Shown: positions 44,354 to 53,882 of the stretch, in pieces
Numbering within the stretch: the first letter of the stretch is position 1
Layout of the letters: each line of letters begins with the position of its first letter
NCBI GenBank assembly: GCA_009692925.1
Contig: SHYG01000001.1
Coordinates: 8,684-72,683, forward strand
DNA from: Dehalococcoidia bacterium
Lineage (GTDB): Bacteria; Chloroflexota; Dehalococcoidia; Lucifugimonadales; UBA3495
DNA: 64,000 bases
Direction: 5' to 3'
The notes under the pieces: model-generated
Told to the model about the DNA's origin: nothing
Database searches by the model: none
What the model saw: the letters and a program-made list of their open reading frames with translations, nothing else
Made by a program: the position numbers and the translations under genes

Positions 44354-45430
44354 GTGCTGAAGCAGTTCCGGGTGAACTTGGACGAGGCCATCCTGGTTCA
44401 AGGCGACGACTTGAAGGCCACGGTGGCGGGCATCTTTGAGAAGATGGGCGTGCCTCCTCAGGATGCCCAGCTAGGCGCCGACGTGCTGGTGCTGGCCGAC
44501 CTGCGGGGTGTGGACACCCACGGGGTTTCCAACATGCTGCGCAGCTACCTGCAAGGCTATCAGAGCGGGCAGATTAACCCGCGGCCCAACATGAAGGTCG
44601 TCCGCCAGACCCCCAGCACCGCCAACCTGGACTCGGACCGGGGCCTGGGCATCATTATGGCCCCTAAGGCCATGGACATCGCCATCCAGAAGGCCAAAAA
44701 CGTGGGCGTGGGCATGGTGACCGTGGGCAACGCGCGGCACCTGGGCATGGCCTCGTACCACGCCATGATGGCCCTGAAACACGACATGATCGGCGTGTGC
44801 ATGACCAGCTGCCCGCCATCGGTGGTGCCGACTTTCGGGGCGGTGCCGCGCCTGGGCACCAACCCCATCGCCGTGGCGGCGCCGGCCAAGCACCAGCCGC
44901 CCTTCGTGTTTGACGCCGCCACCAGCACCGTGGCGGCCAACAAGATTTACATCGCCAAGCGCCTGGGCATCAAGCTGGAGCCCGGCTGGCTGGCCGACGA
45001 GCACGGCACCCCCATCATGGAGGCCATTGACCCGCCGGAGAAGCACGTACTGCTCCCCCTGGGCAGCACCCGGGAGCTGGGGTCGCACAAGGGCTACGGC
45101 CTGTCCTGCGTGGTGGATATCCTGGGCGGCGTGCTGACGGGCTTTGGCTACGGCGCGGTGCCCGGCCGGCCCAACTTTGGCCACTACGTGGCGGCCTACA
45201 GCATTGAGGCCTTCACCGACACCGAGCACTTCAAAGAGATGATGGACGAGTGGATGACCATGATGCAGACCACGCCGCCGGCGCCGGGCCACGACCGGGT
45301 GATGGTGGCGGGCCAGCCCGAGGCCGAGGTGGAGGAGGAGCGGCGGCGGGACGGGATTCCGCTGCACAACGAGGTGGCGGAGTGGATTCGCGACACCTGC
45401 GCGGAGCTGGCGGTGGACTGCCGGGTGTAG
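44354..45430 (+). CDS. Ldh_2-family (malate/L-lactate/ureidoglycolate-type) dehydrogenase
   Basis: GTG 44354 lies 6 nt after AGGAGG, within track ORF 44303..45430. ADLRGVDTHGVSNMLRSY and GSHKGYGLS are present. Confidence 0.85.
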   Translation: MLKQFRVNLDEAILVQGDDLKATVAGIFEKMGVPPQDAQLGADVLVLADLRGVDTHGVSNMLRSYLQGYQSGQINPRPNMKVVRQTPSTANLDSDRGLGIIMAPKAMDIAIQKAKNVGVGMVTVGNARHLGMASYHAMMALKHDMIGVCMTSCPPSVVPTFGAVPRLGTNPIAVAAPAKHQPPFVFDAATSTVAANKIYIAKRLGIKLEPGWLADEHGTPIMEAIDPPEKHVLLPLGSTRELGSHKGYGLSCVVDILGGVLTGFGYGAVPGRPNFGHYVAAYSIEAFTDTEHFKEMMDEWMTMMQTTPPAPGHDRVMVAGQPEAEVEEERRRDGIPLHNEVAEWIRDTCAELAVDCRV

Positions 45431-45438
45431 TTCGGTTT

Positions 45439-46362
45439 CTACAGTTTCAGCAAACGCGCGGCGTTGTCCCCCATAATGGCCGCCACGTCGGCGTCGCTGA
45501 AGCTGATGCCGTGGTCGCGGGCGACTTGCGGCGGCTCGGTGATGGCCTTGACCCACGCCGCCTCGGACATGAGCAGCCGCAGCGCCGGGTAGTCGCTGCC
45601 CCACAGGATGCGCCGCGCGCCCACGGTGCCGATGAGGGTGTGCAGGATGGTGTAGAACTCCAGGGGCCGCAGCCGGGCCATGGCCTGCCAGCCCGATATG
45701 TCCAAATAGACGTTGGGGCACACCGAGGCGATGCCCGCCGCCTCCTGCCACCAGGCGCTGAGGCCCGCGTGGGCCAGGATGATGGTGAGGTTGGGGAAGT
45801 CGGCGGCCACGTCGTCCACGTACACCGGCTGGCAGTGGCGGCTGTACAGGGGCTTGGGCTCCGGCCCGGTATGCACCATCACCGGAATCCCCAACTCCTG
45901 GGCTTTCTGGTACATGGGGTAGGCCACGGGATCGTTGGGGAAGAAGCCCGCGGCGGGATGAATCTTCAGCCCCACCATGCCCAGCTCGCCCACCGCCCGC
46001 TCCAGCAGCGCCACGGCGTCGGGCCGGCGCGGGTCAAAGCAGGCGAAGGCCACCATGCGGTCCGGGTGGCGGCGCACCGCCTGGGCGTGGAGCAGGTGCT
46101 GCTGCCAGATGTCCATTGTACCGTCGCGGAAGGCGGGAACCAGGCCCCAGTCCACCGGCATCACCATCACCCGCTCCACTCCGGCCTCGTCCATGTCCCG
46201 CAGCAGCCGCTCGCCGGTCAGGTCCCAGATGTCCTCCAAGCGCTGGCGCACCCGCTCCTCGCTGCGGCCGGTCTGCACCACTGCCAGGCGAGTAAACCCG
46301 TCCCAGAAGGCGCGGCCGGGCGCCTCCGGCCCCATCAGGTGGGCGTGTATGTCAAAGAGCAC
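45439..46362 (-). CDS. Amidohydrolase_2-family metal-dependent hydrolase
   Basis: 307 aa with MLFDIHAHL, VMVHTG and WGSDYP. Confidence 0.8.
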   Translation of the reverse strand: MLFDIHAHLMGPEAPGRAFWDGFTRLAVVQTGRSEERVRQRLEDIWDLTGERLLRDMDEAGVERVMVMPVDWGLVPAFRDGTMDIWQQHLLHAQAVRRHPDRMVAFACFDPRRPDAVALLERAVGELGMVGLKIHPAAGFFPNDPVAYPMYQKAQELGIPVMVHTGPEPKPLYSRHCQPVYVDDVAADFPNLTIILAHAGLSAWWQEAAGIASVCPNVYLDISGWQAMARLRPLEFYTILHTLIGTVGARRILWGSDYPALRLLMSEAAWVKAITEPPQVARDHGISFSDADVAAIMGDNAARLLKL

Positions 46363-46549
46363 TGGGAATCGCCTCCCCGTGCTGGACCATACTGTCCACA
46401 GTCATCTGAACAACTTGCCCAATGTTCTCCAGGGCTTCTTCTCGGGTGTAGCCCCAGGTTGCTCCCCCGCGGTCTTTTAGGGCCGGTGCATAAGCCACCC
46501 AGCGGTCTTCGTCCGGCTCCACTACGACCCGAAAAACGTAGGTTTTCAT
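46352..46549 (-). CDS. HicB-like (UPF0150) antitoxin-domain protein, no hicA partner
   Basis: MKTYVFRVVVEPDEDRWVAYAPAL..TREEALENIGQVVQM. The 3' end overlaps the amidohydrolase start by 11 nt. Confidence 0.65.
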   Translation of the reverse strand: MKTYVFRVVVEPDEDRWVAYAPALKDRGGATWGYTREEALENIGQVVQMTVDSMVQHGEAIPSAL

Positions 46550-46686
46550 CTTGAGCATCCCTCACTCACTAGCATTGTAACAAACCTCGTTGCCAGAACA
46601 ACGCCACCGTCTACCATCGCCACCTCAACCCGGCTACAATACCGGCAACGAATCCTCTGCAGGCACATCCACCCAAGGAGGGCACA

Positions 46687-47871
46687 ATGCCCATTGCGAG
46701 CCACATCCGCAAGAACATGGGGGAGGGCGGCTGGATCCGCCGGATGTTTGAGGTGGGCCTGGTGATGAAGGCCCAGCATGGCGCGGACAACGTCTTTGAC
46801 CTGTCCCTGGGCAACCCGGTGATGGAGCCGCCCCAGGAGTTTCAACAAGAACTGCTGCGCCTGGCCCGGCAGCCCGCCGCCGGCATGCACCGCTACATGC
46901 CCAACGCCGGCTACCCGGAGACCCGCCAGGCGGTGGCCGAGGGCCTGACGCAGGAGACCGGCGTGGCCTTCACTCGCGACGAGATCGTGATGACCTGCGG
47001 CGCCGCCGCGGCGCTGAACGTGATCCTGCGGACCATCCTCAACCCCGGCGACGAGGTCATCATCCTGTCGCCCTACTTCGGCGAGTACGTTTACTACATT
47101 GACAACCACCAGGGCATGCCGGTCATCGTGCCCACCGATGCCGGCTTCCAGCCGGACCTGGCGGCCATCGAGGCGGCCATCACGCCGCGCACCCGCGCCC
47201 TGCTGATTAACTCGCCCAACAACCCGTCGGGGGTCGTGTACACCAGCCAGCGGCTGGCGGCGCTGGGCGACCTGCTGCGCCGGGCGCAGACACGGCACGG
47301 CGGGCAGATTTTCCTGATTAGCGACGAGCCTTATCGCCGCATTATCTTCGACGGGCTGACCTACCCCCAGGCGCTGCCCCACTACGAGAACAGCATCATC
47401 GCCTACTCCCACGCCAAGGATTTGGCCTTGCCGGGGGAGCGCATCGGCTACGTGGCGGTCAGCCCCCACTGCGCGGACCGCAAGGAGCTGGTGGACGGCG
47501 TGGTGTTCTGCCACCGCACCCTGGGCTTTGTCAACGCGCCGGCGCTGATGCAGCACGTGGTGCGCGCTCTGCAGGGGGTCAGCGTGGACGCCAGCCAGTA
47601 TCAGCGCAAGCGGGACTTTCTGTGCGGCCAGCTTACCGAGATGGGCTACTCCCTGGTGAAGCCCCAAGGCGCCTTCTACCTGTTTCCCAAATCGCCCATA
47701 CCGGACGACGTGGCCTTTGTGGAGGCGCTGCAGGAGTATAACGTGCTGACGGTGCCGGGACGGGGGTTCGGCACTCCGGGCCACTTTCGCATCGCCTATT
47801 GCCTGGAGGACCGGGTTCTGGAGGGAGCCATGCCGGGGTTTGCCCGGGCGGCGGAGCGGTTTGGGCTATAG
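46687..47871 (+). CDS. Class I/II pyridoxal-phosphate-dependent aminotransferase
   Basis: 394 aa with DLSLGNP, NSPNNPSG and YSHAKDLALPGERIGY (PLP-lysine context). Confidence 0.9.
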   Translation: MPIASHIRKNMGEGGWIRRMFEVGLVMKAQHGADNVFDLSLGNPVMEPPQEFQQELLRLARQPAAGMHRYMPNAGYPETRQAVAEGLTQETGVAFTRDEIVMTCGAAAALNVILRTILNPGDEVIILSPYFGEYVYYIDNHQGMPVIVPTDAGFQPDLAAIEAAITPRTRALLINSPNNPSGVVYTSQRLAALGDLLRRAQTRHGGQIFLISDEPYRRIIFDGLTYPQALPHYENSIIAYSHAKDLALPGERIGYVAVSPHCADRKELVDGVVFCHRTLGFVNAPALMQHVVRALQGVSVDASQYQRKRDFLCGQLTEMGYSLVKPQGAFYLFPKSPIPDDVAFVEALQEYNVLTVPGRGFGTPGHFRIAYCLEDRVLEGAMPGFARAAERFGL

Positions 47872-47885
47872 CTGGTGACTAGGGG

Positions 47886-48444
47886 CTAGGCGTTGCGGAA
47901 CACAGGCATCAGCTCGATGGCCAGGCCTGCCAGCAGCGGCGAGGACAGGACATCCTCACGGGTGTAGGTGGCCGCCAGCGTCAGGCCCTGGGCGCTCTCA
48001 ATGAGCACCTCCACGGTGGCAGCGTCGGGATCTACCAGCCAGTACTCCCGCACGCCTTGGCGGCTGTACAGGGCCTGCTTGTAGCCCCGGTCGTACCTGG
48101 CCGTGCCGGGGGAGAGGATTTCCACCACCAGGTCGGGAGCGCCCTGGAGATTGGCGCTGGTGACGATGTTTGACCGGGCGTTGGACACGAACAGCAGGTC
48201 GGGCTCAAACACATCATGATTAGATAGCACCACGTCGCAGGGGGGCAAACCATACACTTCCGAGGGCATTCTCTGTCACGAACTGGTACAAAGCCACACC
48301 CAGGCGAATAGCTATGGTCTGGTGACTCATACGTGGTGCTGGCGCCAAAATTAACTCTCCGTCCAGAAGCTGGTACCGCTTGTCGTCTGGCGTGGTCATG
48401 TAGTCGTTGACGGTGAATTTTATTCGCGGCTTCGGCTGAGCCAT
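47886..48444 (-). pseudogene. Uma2-family (DUF820) endonuclease, frameshifted in a G6 run (48240-48245)
   Basis: Track ORFs 48220..48444 (..YQLLDGELILAPAP..SVWFAPL) and 47886..48269 (..DVVLSNHDVFEPDLLFV..PDLVVEILSP..EYWLVDP) are two halves of one Uma2 fold. Removing one G gives ..WFAPCDVVLS.. Confidence 0.8.
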
Positions 48445-48559
48445 AGCATCGCCTCAATAATCTGGCAGTTGACTATCCTAAATTATACCCCAAGAATCAC
48501 CGGATACTTCAAAGCGCTTCGAGTCGCCTCTGGAGTTGGCCTCCCATACGGCGCAACCA

Positions 48560-49945
48560 TCACTCCGACGCTCCTGCTACCGCGGGCGCCGCTTCCTCCA
48601 GTGCCTGCAGGCGGGCCGGAAGCTTGGGCCTCGGCATAGTCCAGTAGCCAATAGTGGCCAGCGCATAGAATCCCATCAAGGGAAGCAGCGCCAGGAAGAA
48701 GCTCCCGGTGCGGTCGAAGATCAGTCCCATCCACACCGGTGTGCTCATGGACATGAGCTGGTCCGGCAGGTGCTGCCAGCCTCGCAGGGTGGCAAAGCTC
48801 TTGCGGCCAAAGAAGTCGCCCAGGATCGCCCACGCCAGCGGGTTGGCTGACTCGGACAACGCCAGCAGCACTACGAAGGGGATAAGCTGCCACCAGTAGC
48901 CGCTGCGGTTCAGCAGCAACGCCAGCGCCAGCGCGCCGGAGACCATGCATACCGCACTAATCTTTTGCTTGGGCCACTTGTCGCTCAACCAGCCCACCAC
49001 CGGGTTGAAGACCACCGCGCTGACGCCCAGCAGCCCCACAAAGACGGCGGCAATCCCCAGACTCTCTGCCTGCCCGCGGCCACTGCCCTGCAGGAACCAC
49101 ACCATCACCGGGGCCAGCAGAAATGACAGGCCAGAGTGCACCGTGTTCCGAAGCCCCACCGACACCACCAACCACCAGAATGAGGAGGTGCGCGCCGCTT
49201 CCCGGGCGGTGAAGTCGACCTCACCGAAGCTCCGGGCGCCGCGGCGGCCTGCGTGCCCTCCCGGATGGCTCCCTGTCCCACCCCCAGGGACATCTAACTC
49301 GTCGGGGGGGTCTCCGTCAGGCCGCAGGCCCATGCTCTCCGGCGACCGGCGCACGAACAGCGACAGGGGCACCACCACCACCAGGATGAGTATGCCCGCC
49401 ACCAGGGCCGAGTTTCTCCAACCGATGCTAAACACCAGCAGGCCCATCACCGGAGCCAGCACGGCGCCGCCGATGCCGTTGCCGACGGAGGCGAAGGACA
49501 TTGCCAGACCGCGACGCCGGCGGAACCAGTTATTCAGTGCAGCAACGGTGGCGTTGTTATAGCCGGAGCGAAAACCCACCGACAGGAAGCCGATAAACAC
49601 CAACATAAAGGACCAGTAGCTGTTGGTGAAGTAGAGCAGGATGAACCCGCCCCCGGACATGATGCCGCCAAAGGCCAGCATAACCCGAGGGCCCAGCCGG
49701 TCGGTAAAGAACCCCATCACCGGCCCCAGCAGGCCGCCTTCCAGCCGGCCCAGCATGTCCGCCAGGGAGATGACCGCCACGCCGATGCCCAGCTCAGTGC
49801 GAATGGGGAGCACAAAGAAGGTGAAGCCCCGGTTGAATGTGCCGTGCTTCAGCGCGTCGTCCAGGGCGCTGATGACGACAATCCACCAGCCGTAGAAAAT
49901 TTTAGGCGGCTTGATGCCCACCATTCCCAGAATAGACCTAGCCAC
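48560..49945 (-). CDS. MFS transporter (paralogue 1 of a tandem pair)
   Basis: 461 aa with KIFYGWWIVV, FFTDRLGPR and 12 TM-like segments. Confidence 0.85.
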   Translation of the reverse strand: MARSILGMVGIKPPKIFYGWWIVVISALDDALKHGTFNRGFTFFVLPIRTELGIGVAVISLADMLGRLEGGLLGPVMGFFTDRLGPRVMLAFGGIMSGGGFILLYFTNSYWSFMLVFIGFLSVGFRSGYNNATVAALNNWFRRRRGLAMSFASVGNGIGGAVLAPVMGLLVFSIGWRNSALVAGILILVVVVPLSLFVRRSPESMGLRPDGDPPDELDVPGGGTGSHPGGHAGRRGARSFGEVDFTAREAARTSSFWWLVVSVGLRNTVHSGLSFLLAPVMVWFLQGSGRGQAESLGIAAVFVGLLGVSAVVFNPVVGWLSDKWPKQKISAVCMVSGALALALLLNRSGYWWQLIPFVVLLALSESANPLAWAILGDFFGRKSFATLRGWQHLPDQLMSMSTPVWMGLIFDRTGSFFLALLPLMGFYALATIGYWTMPRPKLPARLQALEEAAPAVAGASE

Positions 49946-50026
49946 TAAGTCGCCTCATCGCCGCTCGCCCCTTCGTCCAATCGCGCCTCATAGTATACAA
50001 CTGGTTGCGCCGCCATAAGCGCCACG

Positions 50027-51262
50027 TTAACCAGCAACTCCGGGTGGGCTGGCGGCCTGGCTCAGAACCGGCGGCTTAGCGGTGGCCAGCAGCACCGCGC
50101 TGGCTAAACACAGCCCGATAATCAGCCACCAAGACGACGCGTAGCTGCCAGAGGCGTCCCGCAGGTAGCCGGACAACGGACCGCCGATCCCCGCCGCCAC
50201 CAGGGTCACGGGCATGACGATGCCGCGGATAGACCCTAGAAATGCCCGCCCGAAGTAGTTGGCGAAGATGTAGGACTGGAGGATCATGCCCGCGCCCACA
50301 GAAAGCCCATAGACTATGGTGGAGCCGAACAGGAACAGCTCGTTGCGACCCACCAGCATCAGGAGCATCGCCGCCACAAACCCCAGGTATGACGCCGCGC
50401 CGACGAACCGCACCGGGAACTTGTCCACCAGCATGCCGGCGATGAACGCCATGGTCGCCGCGCCACCAGCGTCCGCGGCAAAGGCGAAAGCCACGATCTG
50501 AGGATCAAAGCCCTTCTCCACCCAGTAGGGAATGCGGTGCAACCCTGCCGATCCCTGAGCCAAACCCGCCGCGGCAAACACCGCCAAGAGCTTCCAGAAG
50601 GCCGAGGTGTGCAGCGCCTGCCGCACCGTCCATGCCGCCTCTTCAACCTCGGGACGCCCGCCAGATGCCGAAACACCCGCGACGGGTTCTCTTGGCGGGT
50701 CGCCGTCGACACGCAGGCCCAGGTCCTCGGGCTGGCGGCGCAGGAAGATGAAGGCCACGGGGACGACAATGACCACGAAGATGATGCCCATGACGATCCA
50801 GGTCGTGCGCCAGCCCAGACCACCCAGCAGCCACTGCGTTACCGGCAGGAAGATGATGCCGCCGATCCCCGACCCCATAGTTGCAAGGGCCAGGGCCTTG
50901 CCCCGGCGGCGGCGGAACCACTTGGCCACCGGCACTGTGGTCACCAGGCTGTTGGGCGCCGCCAGTCCGGTAAGGCCCATGATGCCGAACAGCACCATGA
51001 ACTGCCATGAGGAGTGAATGCGGCTGATGGCCAGCAGGCACCCGCCGATGATCACTGCCGAGACCACCACCAGGCCGCGGGGCCCGTAGCGGTCCAGCAC
51101 CCGCCCAACGACGAAGCTGGTGACCCCCGAGGACACCCGCCGGGTAGTCTGCAGCCACCCGAAGGCAGCCCGGGACATGCCCAGCTCTGCCCCCACGGGG
51201 ATGACGAACAACCCCAGGGTAAGGTTCCCTGTGGCCATGCCGGCGAAGTTGATGACAAACAT
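50027..51262 (-). CDS. MFS transporter (paralogue 2)
   Basis: 411 aa from ATG 51262. The in-frame upstream codons encode RKRFFYGWVIVAA, which matches the paralogue's TM1, so the true start is probably upstream (see findings). Confidence 0.85.
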   Translation of the reverse strand: MFVINFAGMATGNLTLGLFVIPVGAELGMSRAAFGWLQTTRRVSSGVTSFVVGRVLDRYGPRGLVVVSAVIIGGCLLAISRIHSSWQFMVLFGIMGLTGLAAPNSLVTTVPVAKWFRRRRGKALALATMGSGIGGIIFLPVTQWLLGGLGWRTTWIVMGIIFVVIVVPVAFIFLRRQPEDLGLRVDGDPPREPVAGVSASGGRPEVEEAAWTVRQALHTSAFWKLLAVFAAAGLAQGSAGLHRIPYWVEKGFDPQIVAFAFAADAGGAATMAFIAGMLVDKFPVRFVGAASYLGFVAAMLLMLVGRNELFLFGSTIVYGLSVGAGMILQSYIFANYFGRAFLGSIRGIVMPVTLVAAGIGGPLSGYLRDASGSYASSWWLIIGLCLASAVLLATAKPPVLSQAASPPGVAG

Positions 51263-51443
51263 CGCCGCGACAATGACCCACCCGTAGAAGAACCGCTTCC
51301 GCAGAGCTTGGATGTGCTGCTCCTGCTACTAAACCCGCTCGATAACCCCAGAGAGCGCGGTGGACACCGAGAATCTTACAAAGCGAAGCCAAGTATAGTG
51401 TCGCCAAGGACGGGAGCGCAACCTGAGGCTGGGGACAGCCTCG

Positions 51444-51848
51444 CTACTCGCCGCTCCTGCGGTCAGGAGGGGCGCAGCGGGAGATGCGCCGTCGATGGGC
51501 CGCCACCCAGCGGTAGAGGACTAGGCCCGCCAGGTCCACGCCGGGAAGCCAGACCAGCGGCGCCACCGGCAGCAAAGGCGGCAGCAGCACCGTCAGGCGG
51601 CGGAAGGCGTAAAAGCCTCGGTACAAGCGATGTTGGCGAGTGTGTTGCAAGTATGCAGCCTGGTCCAAGTCAGCCCAAGACAGGCCTTCGGGCGGCTGCT
51701 CTAGACTCTGGTAGGGAGTCCAAGTGATCTGCCGCAGCCAGTCCAAGCGGGACAGCCACCGCGCCACCCAGGTGCAGAAGCCGCAGTCACCGTCGTAGTA
51801 GAGCACCCACCGGCGCGGCGGAGTGGTGGTGGCCGGGTTGCTCGCCAT
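51444..51848 (-). CDS. DCC-family thiol-disulfide oxidoreductase (DUF393)
   Basis: 134 aa with the YYDGDCGFCTWV motif. Confidence 0.85.
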   Translation of the reverse strand: MASNPATTTPPRRWVLYYDGDCGFCTWVARWLSRLDWLRQITWTPYQSLEQPPEGLSWADLDQAAYLQHTRQHRLYRGFYAFRRLTVLLPPLLPVAPLVWLPGVDLAGLVLYRWVAAHRRRISRCAPPDRRSGE

Positions 51849-51890
51849 GCAGTCTATTATTACAGGTGAGAGGGTTAATGGACAGCCAGT

Positions 51891-52118
51891 TCAGCGGAGA
51901 AGACTTGCGCGGGCGTCGCGGAAGACCTCTTCCGCAGAGCGAGCATTCGCAGTCCCGGCATCAAGCTCCGCGTTGCGGCGGAGGGCTTCCTCCGCCCGTA
52001 GACGTTCGTTTTCGGCATCCGAGAGCTGCTCAAGGCTCTGCAATAGCTTTTCAGCTAGCCTCGCTCGCAGGCGGGGGTCAAGACTCAAGGCCTCTAATTC
52101 CAGTTCATCGATGGACAT
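51891..52118 (-). CDS. Addiction-module antitoxin component (TIGR02574-like), no adjacent toxin
   Basis: MSIDELELEALSLDPRLRARLAEKLLQSLE is a characteristic N-terminus. ATG at 52118. Confidence 0.7.
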   Translation of the reverse strand: MSIDELELEALSLDPRLRARLAEKLLQSLEQLSDAENERLRAEEALRRNAELDAGTANARSAEEVFRDARASLLR

Positions 52119-52212
52119 TGGCTTTCCCTCCAATTACCTCCCTATAATCCTACCAGAGAAGAGGTGGATGGCTTAGTTTGCAACATCACAGCCTATCTGG
52201 ACATCACCCCCC

Positions 52213-53637
52213 CTACCCCACCGGCCGCCGGCACACCTCGGGGTCCACTTTGCGGCGCAGGAACTGACCCCGGCCTAGGCGGCTCTTGAGCTGGCCGTTC
52301 TCCACCGCCACCTGGCCGCGCAGTATCGTCATCACCGGCCAGCCCGCCGCCTCAAAGCCTTCCCAGATGCTGTAGTCGCTGATGTGGAAGTCCATCATGG
52401 TCAGGGGGCGTTTAATGCTGGGGTCTATCAGCACAATGTCGGCGTCGCTGCCGGGGGCAATGACCCCCTTGCGCGGGTAGAGGCCCATGATCCGGGCGGC
52501 GTTGGCGGAGGTCACGTCCACAAACCGCTGCAGCGACATGCCCCGGCGGGACACGCCCTCGCTGTAGGTCACGCCTACCCGCGTCTCAATGCCGTTGTGC
52601 CCGCCGGTAACATCGGAAATGGTCTTACCGGCAATTTTCACCGCCCAGTTGGTGCAGTACTCGTCGGTGGCCATGGTGTGCAGGCCGCCCTTGACCATGC
52701 CGTCCCACAACGCCTGGCGGTCGGCCTCGGACTTCAGCGACGGGTAGGTGTGGTACTTCATGCCGTTCTCTTCCCGGTAGTTGTCGGCGTTGAAGCAGCA
52801 GTAGTTGTGCAGAGTCTCGCCATAGACGGGCATCCCCTTGGCACGGGCCTCGCCCACCGCGGCCAAACCCTCTTTGGCGCTGACGTGTACAAAGTACACC
52901 GGCGACCCGGTCCACTCGGCCACCCGCAGCACCCGGCGGAAGGACACGTCCTCCGACTCGTTGCTGTGCACCAAATGCATGTTCCACCACTCAGTGCGCT
53001 CCTCATCGGCCAGCTTTTGGTACATGTGCTGCACCATGTCGTCGTCTTCCGAATGCACCAGCAGCATGGCGCCGCTGCGCTGAATCTGCTCCATCAGGTC
53101 GTGCAGGTGGCCCATGCGCACCATGCGCGGCTCGCCGGACAGCGACGGCGGCCGGATATTGGTGGTGAAAATCTTCACGCTGGCAAACCCGTCCTGGATA
53201 TGCTCCGGAAGCTGGCCGAGAATATCCGCCGGAATCGCCCCCAGGAGCATCAGGTGGTGGGCGTAGTCGGCGTAGGACTTGCCGCGCCAGACATCCGTGC
53301 GCTCCTGGATGGCCTGCTGGATGGTGATGCCGGGGTGCTGGATGGCGAAGTCCAGGATGGTGGTGGTGCCGCCGAAGAGGGCGGCGCGGCTCACCTGCTC
53401 CGGTGGGGCCGTCTTGAGGTTGCCCTGGCCCATGACCGGGGCATGGATGTGGGCGTGAGGCTCAATGCCGCCGGGGACTACTATCTTGCCCGTGGCGTTA
53501 ACGACTCGGCCCACGTCATCGGTGAGGGTGCCCGGCGCGGCCACCGCCACAATCTTCTCGCCCTGCACCGCTATGTCCCAGTCGCCGACGCCCCAGGGGG
53601 TGACTACCTGCCCGCCCCGAATAATCAGGTCCAGCAT
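52213..53637 (-). CDS. Dihydropyrimidinase / D-hydantoinase-type cyclic amidohydrolase
   Basis: Track ORF 52213..53760. ATG 53637 follows GAGGAGGG and gives MLDLIIRGGQVVTP. GGIEPHAHIH, a carboxylated-Lys context SVKIF, LVHSE and ATDEY are present. Confidence 0.85.
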   Translation of the reverse strand: MLDLIIRGGQVVTPWGVGDWDIAVQGEKIVAVAAPGTLTDDVGRVVNATGKIVVPGGIEPHAHIHAPVMGQGNLKTAPPEQVSRAALFGGTTTILDFAIQHPGITIQQAIQERTDVWRGKSYADYAHHLMLLGAIPADILGQLPEHIQDGFASVKIFTTNIRPPSLSGEPRMVRMGHLHDLMEQIQRSGAMLLVHSEDDDMVQHMYQKLADEERTEWWNMHLVHSNESEDVSFRRVLRVAEWTGSPVYFVHVSAKEGLAAVGEARAKGMPVYGETLHNYCCFNADNYREENGMKYHTYPSLKSEADRQALWDGMVKGGLHTMATDEYCTNWAVKIAGKTISDVTGGHNGIETRVGVTYSEGVSRRGMSLQRFVDVTSANAARIMGLYPRKGVIAPGSDADIVLIDPSIKRPLTMMDFHISDYSIWEGFEAAGWPVMTILRGQVAVENGQLKSRLGRGQFLRRKVDPEVCRRPVG

Positions 53638-53770
53638 ATCGAGCCCTCCTCGTCTTGGCTTGCCTTGGTTCATTCGCCCCTGTAAAACACCCTTATCCTG
53701 GTAGCGCAGGGGCCGGTTGTCAAGGGACGGCACGGTCTCGACACTGCCGCTGGGTTGCAAGGGCTGGGAC

Positions 53771-53798
53771 GTAGGGGCGCACAGGTGTGCGCCCCTAC
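53771..53798. repeat. GTAGGGGCGCACAGGTGTGCGCCCCTAC palindrome (family B, copy 3)
   Basis: The 28-nt inverted repeat has the same arms as the core of the 76-nt palindrome at 38280. Confidence 0.65.
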
Positions 53799-53843
53799 TG
53801 GCAATCCGACTTCAAGATGATTGGCAAACGCGCCTGAACCTGG

Positions 53844-53872
53844 TTGACAGTCTCCACCGGCCAAGCTATATT
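53844..53872 (+). promoter_or_regulatory. Promoter of the csoR-copA operon
   Basis: TTGACA (53844-53849), a 17-nt spacer, then TATATT (53867-53872), 56 nt upstream of the csoR ATG. Confidence 0.55.
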
Positions 53873-53882
53873 TGAGTCAATA

